A stretch of DNA of 64,000 nt from Octopus vulgaris. Lineage: Eukaryota. A model generated the notes under the pieces. It did not search any database and was not told the DNA's origin. It saw nothing but the letters and a program-made list of their open reading frames with translations. The translations under genes and the position numbers were made by a program. The stretch lies in contig OX597814.1 of the NCBI GenBank assembly GCA_951406725.2, positions 45,694,001 to 45,758,000 of the forward strand, given 5' to 3'. Below, in pieces: positions 1 through 11,755 of this stretch (position 1 is the first letter of the stretch; every line of letters starts with the position of its first letter).

Positions 1-119
1 CTTGCACTTATTTCCATGATCAAAGAAGAACAACATAAAATAGACATATATACTGGAGTGAGGAACAACAAAAGAATAAAGGGAAAATACGGTAATCTGA
101 TTAAAAGGGATTAACTTAC

Positions 120-265
120 TCTTTTGTATTCTCTAGTGAGCGTCTTCTTTCTCCCATCTGCTCTTCCCAAGTGGATTTTTCTTTCTCAAAGGCAGACCAT
201 TTCTCATCAAGTTCTTTCTGTTGTTGTTCTAAACTTTTCTTCATCTGCTCAGCTCTTCGTTGCAA
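120..265 (-). CDS. SEPT7: Septin-7 coiled-coil exon (LQRRAEQMKKSLEQQQKELDEKWSAFEKEKSTWEEQMGERRRSLENTK); the last exon lies outside the window
   Basis: 146 nt, TTTTAG acceptor, GTAAGT donor, open frame with no stop. Confidence 0.93.
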
Positions 266-808
266 CTAAAATTTTATATCAATAGAATTTATGAATGCAT
301 TTTAGAAAAAGCTAATTTCTCAATAAACCTATCTATACCTGCCCTGCCTTGTAAAATCTGCCATTCTTGTTCAGTATACTTATACTATATTGACTATATA
401 TTCAGTCAGTAATAAAGGGTAATGTGTTCATGATGGTCAGTTGTTCTTTCTAATGATTAATTATATAAGAAAAACTAAATTTGTATATAGGCAAAAGTGG
501 GTATACAGTTGCTTAATGAGTTCTTTTCATTTCTCTCTTTATCTTTTAGGATGAGAATTAGTTAAAAAGATAATTAAATAGAACTTAGAATCAAAGAATT
601 CTGATCTTCAACGAAGCCTGTAAACTTTATACATATATAACACACACACACTTTCTTCAAGCATTAATCATGATGTAATCAAATCTGAACACACATCAAT
701 TATTATTGATAATTAAAACTAAAAAACATTGGTAACAATAGTCCTTTTACTGTTGATATATCAAAGTAGTCAATGACACATGTATATTTAGAAACTTAAT
801 CAACTCAC

Positions 809-944
809 ATCAGCTTCAGAGTCCTTTAATTTGGTCTTCTTTTCTTTGACCTTCATTTCGAAAACTTGTTCCATTTCAGCCTCCATCTTCTTCATTTTAG
901 CATCATGTTCACGCTTTTCCTCTTGCATTTGTGTGAGGGGATCC
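809..944 (-). CDS. SEPT7: Septin-7 coiled-coil exon ([45 protein letters not shown])
   Basis: 136 nt, CTTAG acceptor, GTGAGT donor. [12 protein letters not shown] is characteristic of SEPT7. Confidence 0.96.
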
Positions 945-1143
945 CTAAGAAAAAAGCGGGGATAGAAAAAGATAATTTAATTAACAGTAAATTTTAATAG
1001 CTCCAATAATTAGTTTCTCTTGTTGGATATTTTCATTGTTATTTGCATTGATGAAATATCTTGATTTTGCTTATCTAACTAAAACATTCAAGTATAAGAC
1101 TTTATCTCATCTAGAAAATAACAGGAAAACAAGGAATACTTAC

Positions 1144-1257
1144 TTTCCAAGAGATGCTTTTACTTTTCCATCAGCAGTGACAGGAGCTAGCTTACTATAG
1201 CGATAATTTTCATAATGCACATTATTGGTCACATCTTTTAAGTCTTGCATGTGTGTC
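1144..1257 (-). CDS. SEPT7: Septin-7 exon ([38 protein letters not shown])
   Basis: 114 nt, CTTAG acceptor, GTAAGT donor, [18 protein letters not shown] motif. Confidence 0.96.
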
Positions 1258-1694
1258 CTAAGAAAGAATAAATTAAGAAGGAAACATTCTAATAGTCAGT
1301 CAGTGAAAAAGTATAGTTAAAATTGTCCAAATTTAGTTGTCTGTTCAACATTGTACCATGAAATGTATCTGCAGCATTGAAAGCTAACAAATGATTAACA
1401 GTTACATAGATTTGTTTTTCTTTTAGTTTTTTTTCTTTTCTTTTTACTATTGCTATGAAAGAGACTAATTTTATTGACCCTAAATTCAAAGTGATATAAA
1501 AAAATCATCAGCATTGCATATTCCAGGCATTAAGCTTTCTGTTTCATTTTAGCAATATTTTCAGTATTACTTTAATATATTGCTACTACCGTTGTTAATG
1601 GTTTTACAGGAACTGATAAACCAGAAGACAGTGCCCAATTCCAATGTCTGTTTTGGCATGGTTTATATGATAGATCATTAGCCACTACACACAT

Positions 1695-1862
1695 TTTTTT
1701 CTCTCCTTGTTTTCTGTGTCCCTTTCTGTAGAAGAGCATATGCTCGAAACGTAAAAGACTTTTTCTATTCCTGAGCGTTATACTAATACATCTGTTTTGT
1801 ACACCACCTGTTTTCGTCTTTTGTTTTTTTCCGTTAACTCTCCCTATATATATATATATATA
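1695..1862 (+). mobile_element. Short repeat fragment next to (TA)n carrying a degenerate hammerhead-like motif; possibly Penelope-like element derived
   Basis: CTTT-CTGTAGA-A-GAGC-ATAT-GCTC-GAAAC-GTA-AAAG at 1722-1757, followed by a pyrimidine-rich stretch and (TA)n. Confidence 0.4.
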
Positions 1863-3824
1863 CATACACACAAGCAAATGCACCCATTCCTTTGGATGGC
1901 TTAAGTTGCTTTGGTGGTATTTTTTTCACCAAATAATTGAACTACCAAGAAGTTTTATGAGTAGCATGGCAATCTGTTTCCAATTAACCTAGGAATGGAA
2001 AACCAAATTGACGGCTGGTTATTGTGGAGGTCATAACACTTTAATGATCATAGAACAGAAGTTTGCAAGTGATGCAAGAGCTACTGAAGTGTTTTGGGAG
2101 TAGATTATGGATAATGACTACAAAATATAGTTGTTTTACATGAAAGCTAAATTTCTTGTTAGAAATAGCTACATAAATGGTATAAGGAAATTGAAAGAAG
2201 ACGTGAAACTTTCTCTTTGGAAGTTTATTTTATTCGCCAGCAAAGGGAGCTACTTTTTCAGAGAGAAGTATGATTGGTACATTCAAAAATGGCAATACCT
2301 ACTTGGAAAAGTAGAGTTAAAGGAATGTATTTGCTACCTACTGACAGTGTACGACCACTCTGAAATTGACTTCAGGTAACAAAAAATGAAGACATGAAAA
2401 GTTTGACTTCAGTTCACGAATACTGCTTTGAATCATTAGCAGTTCGCAGTGAAAAGATGTCGCAGTCGAAATATCATAATGGATGGGTAAATAAGCATCC
2501 TTAAAGTGAAACAATGCATTGGTGGGTAAACAAAGGTATGAATAAAAAGAAGAGAGGGAAGGGAACATCACCTTTCAAGTAACTCAGAATAGGTAAAGGT
2601 AAGCTTGCCAAATTTTAATGCAGTTTAAATATGGAGAGTAAAATTGTTTGGTATTGGATATTCATCGCATACAGTGTTCCTAGCCAATTTAATCACTGTT
2701 ACAGGCGGACAGTCGAAATAAATAAAGACACAAAATCCTTTCACTTTTATAATATTCTCTAAGTAAGTAATAATACACAATTACAACATATAAATAAATA
2801 ATAAATAAAAAAAATGTGAAAAACCAATAAAACATATTTTCTAATGCCAATATACAACTATATAGATTTAAAAAAGTATGGAAGACCCTACATACAAAAT
2901 ATGTGCATACAACAAATTAGAGAAAAACCAGTATAAACCACAATTTTTCCCAGTTTGTTCATTTACATGGGAGCTCTGGGCAAAATGTTATAGTGCATGC
3001 CCATCCTTGGGACATAAGTAATGTGGTGTGTAAGGTTTGGTGAAAATCAGTTGAGAATTGTGGAAATGTATGTGTTAGTCAATATACACACACATATATA
3101 CTGTGATTTATATATACTAGATGACCAATTGGCAGGGCTGTTAAAGTTTTAGATAGATTGTTTAGTGGTAATCATTCTGGATATTAGTGCTAAAATCAAC
3201 ATTCGATCATCTTTCCAAGATAAATAAAGTACCAGCCTAGTATTGGATTGATTTCTCTCTCTCTCTCTCTCTTTTCCTTTTCTGCTGTCTGTCTATCTTT
3301 TTATTTGGAAGAAATTGGTTGTGGTCAGAGCTGGAGAAAGATGGACTGTGCTAGGTCTAAAAATGTCCAAGACATATAGTATGTCATTCCATCAGTAGCC
3401 GAAGAGCCAAGGCAAGGCATATATATTATAATGAATAATTTAAAACATTCTAGACAGTAAATTGGCAGTAAAAGACAAAATTGGTGTAGGACAATATGCT
3501 TTGCATTGCTTGCCTTTCATCCTTTCATGACCAATAAAATGAAAGTATGAGTCATGGATGGTGTATTGTCAGAATTATTGGAGCATTAGACAGGATGCTT
3601 TATAGTATTTGCTCTAGCTCCTTGTCTTCTGAGCTCTTAGACTTAATCTGACACCTTGTTTAACACTACCACCTGGTCCTTGGGTGCATTTGGAAGAATT
3701 CATTCTGTTGGAAGTATCCAGGCCTGGAGTCTAGCTTGAGGGTAGCTTCCTCTATTCCTCCCATCAGATTACATTTATAATCTAAAAAAATCTGCTTTAC
3801 TCAATGATTTACAGTTACAAGCTA

Positions 3825-4209
3825 GTGGAAGCACTCCGTCGGTTACGACGACGAGGGTTCCGGTTGATCCGAATCAACGGAACAGCCTGCTCGTGAAATT
3901 AACGTGTAAGTGGCTGAGCACTCCACAGACACGTGCACCCTTAACGTAGTTCTCGGGGATATTCAGCGTGACACAGAGAGTGACAAGGCCGGCCCTTTGA
4001 AATACAGGTACAACAGAAACAGGAAGTAAGAGTGAGAGAAAGTTGTGGTGAAAGAGTACAGCAGGGATCACCCCCCCCCCTGCCGGAGCCTCGTGGAGCT
4101 TTAGGTGTTTTCGCTCAATAAACACTCACAATGCCCGGTCTGGGAATCGAAACCGCGATCCTATGACCGCGAGTCCGCTGCCCTAACCACTGGGCCATTG
4201 CGCCTCCAA
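3825..4209 (-). mobile_element. Full-length young tRNA-derived SINE with a 12-bp target-site duplication
   Basis: Minus-strand head has A box (TGGCCCAGTGG) and B box (GTTTCGATTCC) and is CpG-rich. AGTTACAAGCTA occurs at 3813-3824 and 4210-4221. Confidence 0.9.
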
Positions 4210-4866
4210 AGTTACAAGCTAATACCTACCAAATATGTAAGTCAATTTTAGTAAAACAAAGAAGCATGACAGTGAATTTAAACCTCAAGTTTCAAAGAAG
4301 TATTGCATAAATTTTAAAGATCATATTGTAAGGTACAAGCAACAGAGACATTTGTTTAAGCCAAATAGGCATATAATTTATCAAAGAAAAAAAGAAAGAG
4401 GCTTAAAAAATTAACTTAAGACCAAATAAAAATATTCTTCTTTTACTAAATTTAAATAATAAAGTGAGTTTCATTTGGCACTAATTGATAACTTGGGGAA
4501 TCCATTGAAATATGGAATATCAGCTAAATGCTATAAACATTAAATCTTGTGCTCTTTGAGGGTCAAAAGTATTGACCATGATGTGAATATCTTCTCATAA
4601 AACAGTATATAGTTAGCACCAAGAATAGACTGTAGAACATCATCATCATCATTTAATATCCAAACTGTCTACATATAAAAATCATAAAAAGAATTCTTTT
4701 GAAATTGCAAGGATTTGTATAGTATCGTATTTTGTCAATTCCAATTTATTTTATTGGTGCGTAATTTTGAATAAACTGCTACCAGAAATTAAGAAACATC
4801 CCAGTAACTGATTTAGAACAAAAGGGTTCAATTGAGTTTCTTTAAATATTTTAAACATTTTCTTAC

Positions 4867-4918
4867 CGAATCAGCATATTTCGAAGAGCAATAAAGTCAT
4901 TATGCTCAAGATTTTCAA
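4867..4918 (-). CDS. SEPT7: Septin-7 exon (VENLEHNDFIALRNMLIR)
   Basis: 52 nt, TTCCAG acceptor, GTAAGA donor, frame continuous with both neighbours. Confidence 0.95.
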
Positions 4919-5461
4919 CTGGAAGTAAAATAAACAAGTAATCTATTAGTGATCATTATGTAATTACTCCAATAAAAGTTACAAATAGGCAAGTATGTGC
5001 ACTTATTGGTGTAGAAAAATAGGAATGTTCACAGAATAAGTTATTCTGATGCCATCAGTATGAAAAAAACAACAGTAGCTAACATAGTGTTAACATATTT
5101 AATGCAAAAAGTTTACTGGGAAAAAAAAATTGTGTGTCTTAAAAAAAACCAAAAGCCACAACATTTATTGATTATTATCATTTTGATTTTTTTGGTAAGT
5201 AAACAGGGAAATTCTTGCCAGTTTTATTAAACCCATTGCGCCGCCCCACCAGAGTTTGTAGTCATAACCAATATGCTTTTAGCAATGGTGTGAGTACAAG
5301 GTTTTTTTTACTTAGTCTTTACTATTGTCAATCAATTACCAGAGCATTAAAATAGTTAAAAAGTTATTTATTGAATGTTGGAAAAAGAAAATTTCTTAGA
5401 TTTAATTTTATACTAAAGTCATCTTTATTTTATTTTTATCTTCGAAAAATATTATTCTAAC

Positions 5462-5558
5462 CTTCAACAATCCCCCATGGATATTGACGTCCACGCATTC
5501 TCTTTCCATTGCAGTCAATCACAGTGTTACTGCCAACAACAGCGAAAGGAACTCGGTC
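5462..5558 (-). CDS. SEPT7: Septin-7 exon, septin unique element ([32 protein letters not shown])
   Basis: 97 nt, TTTTAG acceptor, GTTAGA donor, PFAVVGSN and RxYPWG motifs. Confidence 0.96.
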
Positions 5559-5844
5559 CTAAAACATAAAATGTTATACTTTTACAAATAGGAAAAAGAA
5601 ATGTTTAATTTACTCACTGGAAAATGTATTAATTATTTGAAATTACGCGGGGAGAAATGGTATAGATACCTATGTGAGGTTATTTACCATGGGCGCTACC
5701 TTAGTCGTTATAATGTCAGTTACATAATATATAGTTACAAAAAAAAGTTGTAAACTCCTTGTGAATTTCATAATAAAAGATGGCATTTACAATTTTGATA
5801 CTAATCACTCATGTGTGTGTGTGATATCATATTATATATATATA

Positions 5845-6060
5845 TCATCATCATCATCATTGACTGTCCACTTTACATGCAGGTATGGGTTGGACAGGTT
5901 GACAAGATCTGATGAGGTGCAGGGGTCTGTTGGGTTCCACTGTTGGCTTTGCTATGGTTTCTACAGTTAGATGCCCTTCCTATTGCCAACCACTTTACAG
6001 TGGATACTGACTGCCTTTTTTGTGACACTGGCACTAGTGAGATTGCCAAGTTTGCAAGAT
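5845..6060 (-). mobile_element. RTE-3'-end-related short element with a (GAT)n tail
   Basis: Resembles the reverse complement of 42190-42348 (GATGCCCTTCCT...CCAACCAC core) and starts with (CAT)n. Confidence 0.7.
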
Positions 6061-6189
6061 AATGAAAAAAAAAAATGGAAGGAAAAAGCTCCCTCAACTG
6101 AATGGGAATTTTAAAAATTAGCAAGACATTTTCTTTCATAATATCTCAAAACCCACACTGTTCCTGCCCATTTTAGTCTCTTTAGAATA

Positions 6190-6930
6190 ATAAATAATAA
6201 TGATAATAAAATTATTGTGTGTAGTGCTCAGGTGCACAACTCATCAAAAGTACATGTACAGTACATACAATTATGTATAAAAATCAGGAAAGTGAACAGT
6301 GTATGTGTCATGATATACATGTGTGCATGCATATGGAGGTGGGGATATCAGGTGTAGTGCTGGCAAATTTCAGGAAGCATGGAGGTTTTAAGGGAAGCAA
6401 TGTCTCAGCAACTAACAACTGATGCCAGTAGTTTGTTCCATGCTTCAGCAACTCTGAGTGTGAAAAAATGTTTCTGAAAGTCATGGGAGCTGTGCTGTTT
6501 TCTGACTTTGTAGGCGTGGCCATGTGTGTGAGTCACATGGAGCTCAAAAAGTTGGTTGTTGGTGCGATGGTTAATAATTTTGTGGGTGTTTACTAAGTCA
6601 GTTGCCAGATGTTGGAGCTTCAATGCATCTATACTAAGGGAAGCAAGGTGTTCAGAATATGGCAGATGCCTGATTGCATGTCTCTGAACAGTTTCCAGAA
6701 GGTCATTGTCCTGAACAAGATAGATGTTCCAGATTGCTGATGCAAATTCCAAGTGTGACCACACCATAGCTATATACAGCCTTAAATAAACAGCCAGAGA
6801 ATGGCTGACAAAGGTCTTGCTGAGTAATGCCAAGACATCCTCAGCTTTCTTGACAATTTTAGAGATGTGCTTTGTCCAGTGCAAATTGCTGCTGACAGTA
6901 ATGCCCAGATCACGTTCACAAGAAGACTTC
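6190..6930 (-). mobile_element. 5'-truncated CR1-like LINE (RT C-terminus plus 3' UTR)
   Basis: ORF 6405-6968 has ERDLGITVSSNLHW, HLEFASAIW and KHFFTLRVAEAWNKL, typical of a CR1/L2-group ORF2 end. AT-rich tail near 6190. Confidence 0.85.
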
Positions 6931-7212
6931 TTGTTCCGAATATTACACACTATTAGAAAAGCTACCATCCCTCTTCATTAACAACAACTTGAGCATTATC
7001 TTGTTGAACATGAGAGAGGTGGTGGAAGATAAAGGAGAAAAATAATTTCAAAAGCAATTCTGCAATGGTTAATTGATATAAAGAAATAAAAAAATTCATT
7101 AAGAAAAAAATTAAATGTAATTATATAATGAAAATTGAAAGCAAATTCATTGTTTCTAATCAGAACAACTAGTTTGTGAATCCTTTTACAACAGCTTTAT
7201 ATTTATAATACC

Positions 7213-7400
7213 ATCATTTAATGTCCTTGTTCTATGTTGGCATGAACTGGACAGTTTCATGAGGATCCAATGAGTCAAAGGACTACATTGTGCTCCAGTG
7301 TCTGCTTTGGGATGGTTTCTACAGCTGGATGCCCTTCCCAAAGTCAACCTCTTTACAGTGGGTACTGGGAGATTTTCTTCATGTTACCAGCAGTATTTGA
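7213..7400 (-). mobile_element. Degraded RTE-tail-type short element
   Basis: TTTCTACAGCTGGATGCCCTTCC core shared with the RTE 3' end. Confidence 0.6.
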
Positions 7401-8440
7401 GGTTGCTGTGTAGCTCAAAACTCTACAAACCTAGGGAGGGGTAAGTGTGCTGCATCCTTACGTTAGATGGGGTTTAAGGTACGAGGGAAGAGGTTGGGGT
7501 AGAGCAGGTTTTGTTACATGACTACTCACATTTAGGAGAGACAGTGAGAATGAACTGGTGGTATCTCCAAAGAAAGAGATAGTGGTGATGAGGTGTCTAG
7601 GTGGCAACTCATGTAAAAAGAGTGGTAGTGGGTAGGGTTTTCAAGAGTGTAGGAGAAGTGAGAAGGATTGGGAGGGGTTGCATTATTTGGAGAGGCTACA
7701 GGGATGCTAAGAGCAGGGTAGAAATGACCAGTTTGTTAAAAATCTAACTTCAGAGATTGATTGTTCTATGAAGTTCACTCTTAAGGCCTAATCAACATAC
7801 AATACCAATTTTTCAAAATTGATAAAGTTTAACACAAAAGTTATTATTTTAGACAAAAATTACAATTTTTTCTTTTGCTTTTCTTTCCAGTCAGTTGTAT
7901 GATGAGAGAAAAAAGAGAATATGCTTCAATTACAGAAAGGGATGATTTTTAAAAAATCCCAGATCAATATTTAAGGTTTAATTTAGTTTATGATTTACCA
8001 GAAAAAACTGCCATGATAAAATTATTGGGAAATGTTAAATGATTTAAAAATACATACATGTCCAAGTAAAAAAAAAAATCAACAACAAAAAACCCAAAAC
8101 AGAGTTGAGCTATTAAAATGTGTGAAAATGTGTTTCTACTTTACAGAGTTAAAACCATTTTATATATGTTGATCATTCAAGTAACTAAAGAATTTAATAG
8201 ACTATCCATACTTCCAAGGTCTCCTTGCTTGACCCTCATACATCTACATCCATAGGAAAAGAAAATACATATAGTATGGAAAGCAATTTTATGAAAATTA
8301 GGGCTCTGACGTCATACTGAATGAACAAATACTTGAAAAGGTAAATCATTTCAAAACTTAGGCTTCCTTTTAATTAAGAGATGGTTATTTATTAAAGCAA
8401 AATAGAAAAGTGGTGACCCTGGATATTCTAGCTGCAACCA

Positions 8441-8500
8441 GTCTATATATTATGTATCTGAAATCAATGTGTCTATATATTATGTACCTGAAATCAATGT
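8441..8500. repeat. Tandem duplication of a 30-bp unit
   Basis: GTCTATATATTATGTA(T/C)CTGAAATCAATGT twice, one mismatch. Confidence 0.9.
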
Positions 8501-9191
8501 GTTTATACAGTTGAAGCTATGAAAGTTACTGGTCATCATTTATCTTCATGAATTGAATCCTAATGGCATGAACAGATGCTAAATGTTAAACACAGACATT
8601 TTAATCATAAAACACTTTTTCAAATCTTATAACCAACAACTCTATAAAAAGGGAGATGGGGAGAAAAAAACAAAATCACCATATCTAATTGTCTAAAATG
8701 AGTTAATAATAAGATTAAAAACATTTTGGACCATTAATGTCATCTCTACAGATAAAAGACTTTTCAATAATTACATTGACTTTGCATTTTGATTTCCGAA
8801 GCAAATACTGTGAAATCTGTAGTGGTTAACAATCTATAAAATCACAATCTTAGAAAATCTTGAATTTTGTAGGAAACTGAAAGTATATATCACATTCACT
8901 GACAAGATGAAGAGTTATCAAGAGTTATTGATACATCACGCAATATAACTCTCTATCTAAAATTTATGTTCAAAACTACAACAAACAGTTGAAAGCAACC
9001 ATTGAAATGCAAAGTTATAAATTGTGTCTTTCAAACCTACCACAATTAATGAGGACTGTGAATACACAAACTAATTAAAGACATAGTCAGGACACCTTAC
9101 TAACTCACTATTGTCACATGTTGAATGAATGAGTTGACATAATTCCCAATTTTATGCACTTAATTTTTTTGAATTATATATATATATATTA

Positions 9192-9333
9192 TATATTATA
9201 TTAAATTAGAGATAAAACCACTATTAGGCAAATCAAACAGTGAAAAACATATGTATTGGTTTATGTATTGGCTTATGTTTTTCACTGTTTGATTTGCCTA
9301 ATAGTGGTTTTATCTCTAATTTAATATAATATA
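9192..9333. repeat. Perfect inverted repeat with 60-bp arms and a 22-nt spacer, inside a (TA)n-flanked insert (about 9175-9432)
   Basis: 9192-9251 is the reverse complement of 9274-9333. Confidence 0.92.
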
Positions 9334-11019
9334 ATATAATATATTTATACTATAAAATTGGATTTAATCCTAAATCTCATTTTTCCCTGTAAGTTTGGAT
9401 TTATTCCCTAATATTATATATATATATATATAGCATAATTGTAATAATTAAACATATATAAATGCCAAAGGCATGAAGAGTATGATTTACAAATAAAAAC
9501 ATAGGATGAGAAAAATTGTTGGTCAAGAATCAAGAGTTCAGTCATCTGGAAAAGAATGGCATTAAATCATCTTTTGCTTTAACATGTTGAAATATCCTAT
9601 TCATAGTTTTTTTAGATATGTATTTTGACTTTGTTGCAGTAAAGATTTACATGTAATAATATTTTACATTTACTTCTTTTAGTAAAGATAGGATAGGGTA
9701 TTTAAATGGAATCAAACATTTTTCAGAACCTGAAAACCATTCATAGAAGTTACTTAGTGAAATAACAACTGTTAATTATATTAATGTTAACAAATATTTC
9801 AGATAAGATAGGAAAATAAATCCTCTTGTATACAGCAGTTACATGACAAAGGTTGAAAACAACTTAGATAATGCAAACAAAATTGTTAATTAACCATAAA
9901 AACTTGAAGTAATAGCTCAGTAGAGACAAGGTAACATCTGAAACTTCAAAATATCAGCAAAAAATACAGTAAAAATATTTTGATATACATAATTAACACT
10001 AAGTACAATGTGTTGAAGTTATAAATTGTTTGTTTTCTTTAAATAAAAAAAGCTCCCCACCCACCAATCGAGAATAATAGTAAAGATAAACTGTGGTAGC
10101 AAGATCAAATTTAATTCAAACATTCAGTTTGCTTAATTTTGATATACCTCAATTATAAAATAAGGAAATATATTTGCAGAGGGGAATAAAAAGCACAAAT
10201 GGTGCCAGGGGGAAAAAAAGCACAAATGGTGCCAAATTATAAGAATAGTAAAAAAGAAAAAAGAAAAAGAAATTAAATAAATAAATAGATATAATAAATA
10301 AGAAAGTAAATAAGCACAATTAAGCAAAACATGCAGATTTGAATAAAAAGGTCCTGAAAAGAATCTCAGAAAATGACAAACAACAATAAAACAAGAACAT
10401 AAGCAAACTTTGAACCTATATTGAATGTTAAGTATTAATTTATAATTAACTAAAATTATAATTTCTAATAATTCAATGCAGCTTTGGATTAGGAAAAATA
10501 AGTTAGAGCTTCAAAAAACTATTATTAATAAAATAAAACCAGCATTTTTCATACTGGTTGATTTAAAAGCAATGTTTTATATTTCTGAGTTTAACCAAGA
10601 ACTAGTTTTTAGTATTAAAAATGTTAATAAACAATATATATATATATATGGGGTAAGTTGCATACCACCAACCAACACTGACTCATTGCTCCAGATTAAT
10701 TAATTAGTTTAACATATTTCTCTTGGCTGACAATTATTTTGTAAACTTCAAAAAGTCCATAGTTTCAGTATTTGACTGCTCAGCAGATGAGAGACAAGTC
10801 TCCAATAGGATAAGATGCCAATCTATAGCAAGTAAATTTGCCAAAAGTTCTGATACCTATTCCCAACAGGTGGGAACTAATGAATGAAGAATAAAGAAAG
10901 CAAGTTAAAGCTAGTTATGATAATTTGGTAACAGGATAATGATTTTCATCACAGCGATGAATATTCCTAGTATTTACTGTAATAAAAAAAAAAGGAATCC
11001 AGAATATGAAAGTGGCATA

Positions 11020-11402
11020 ATACTCTTTTACTTGTTTCAGTCATTTGACTGCAGCCATGCTGGAGCATCATCTTCAGTTGAAGAAATCAACTCCAGGACT
11101 TATTCTTTGCAAGCCTAGTACTTATTCTATTGGCCTCTTTTGCTGAACTGCTAAGTTACGGGGATGTAAACACACCAACATCAGCTGTCAAGCAATGGTG
11201 GGGGGACAAACACAGACACACAAACGTACACACATACATATGGGCTTCTTTCAGTTTCTGTCAACCAAATCCACTCACAAGGCTTTGGTCAGCCTGAGGC
11301 TATAGCAGAAGACACTTGCCCCAAGGTGCCATGCAGTGGGACTGAAACTGGAACCATGTGGTTTGGAAGCAAGCTTCTTACCACACAGCCACACCTGCAC
11401 CT
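11020..11402 (-). mobile_element. tRNA-derived SINE (family with TGGCTGTGTGGTAAG head)
   Basis: A/B-box-like head at the right end. The GCCTTGTGAGTGGATTTGG core recurs many times in the window. Confidence 0.85.
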
Positions 11403-11494
11403 ATAATAATAAAACACTAAGAATAAGATTCAGTTATATAACTTATCTACACAATTTTCCCTGCACCATAACATAGAATTTAAATATATTTTTT

Positions 11495-11755
11495 ATTTTT
11501 ATTTGTTTCAGACATTAGACTTGGCCATGCTGGGGCACCACCTTTGAATTTTTAGTTGAATGAATTAACCTCAGTACTTTATACATATTTAAGACAGGCT
11601 TCTTTCAGTTTCCATCTACCAAATCCACTCACAAGGATTTGGTTGGCTCGGGGTTATATTAGAAGACACTTGCCCAATGTGCCACGCAGTGGGACTGAAC
11701 CCAGAACCATGTCGTTGGAAAGCAAGCTTCTTACTACACAGCCACACCTATGCCT
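11495..11755 (-). mobile_element. Second, internally shorter copy of the same SINE family
   Basis: Shares head and tail with 11020-11402. Confidence 0.8.

Noticed and set aside
4135-4208. tRNA-like sequence on the minus strand (also near 20460-20526)
   Set aside because: It is the head of a SINE with body, tail and TSD, not a stand-alone tRNA gene.
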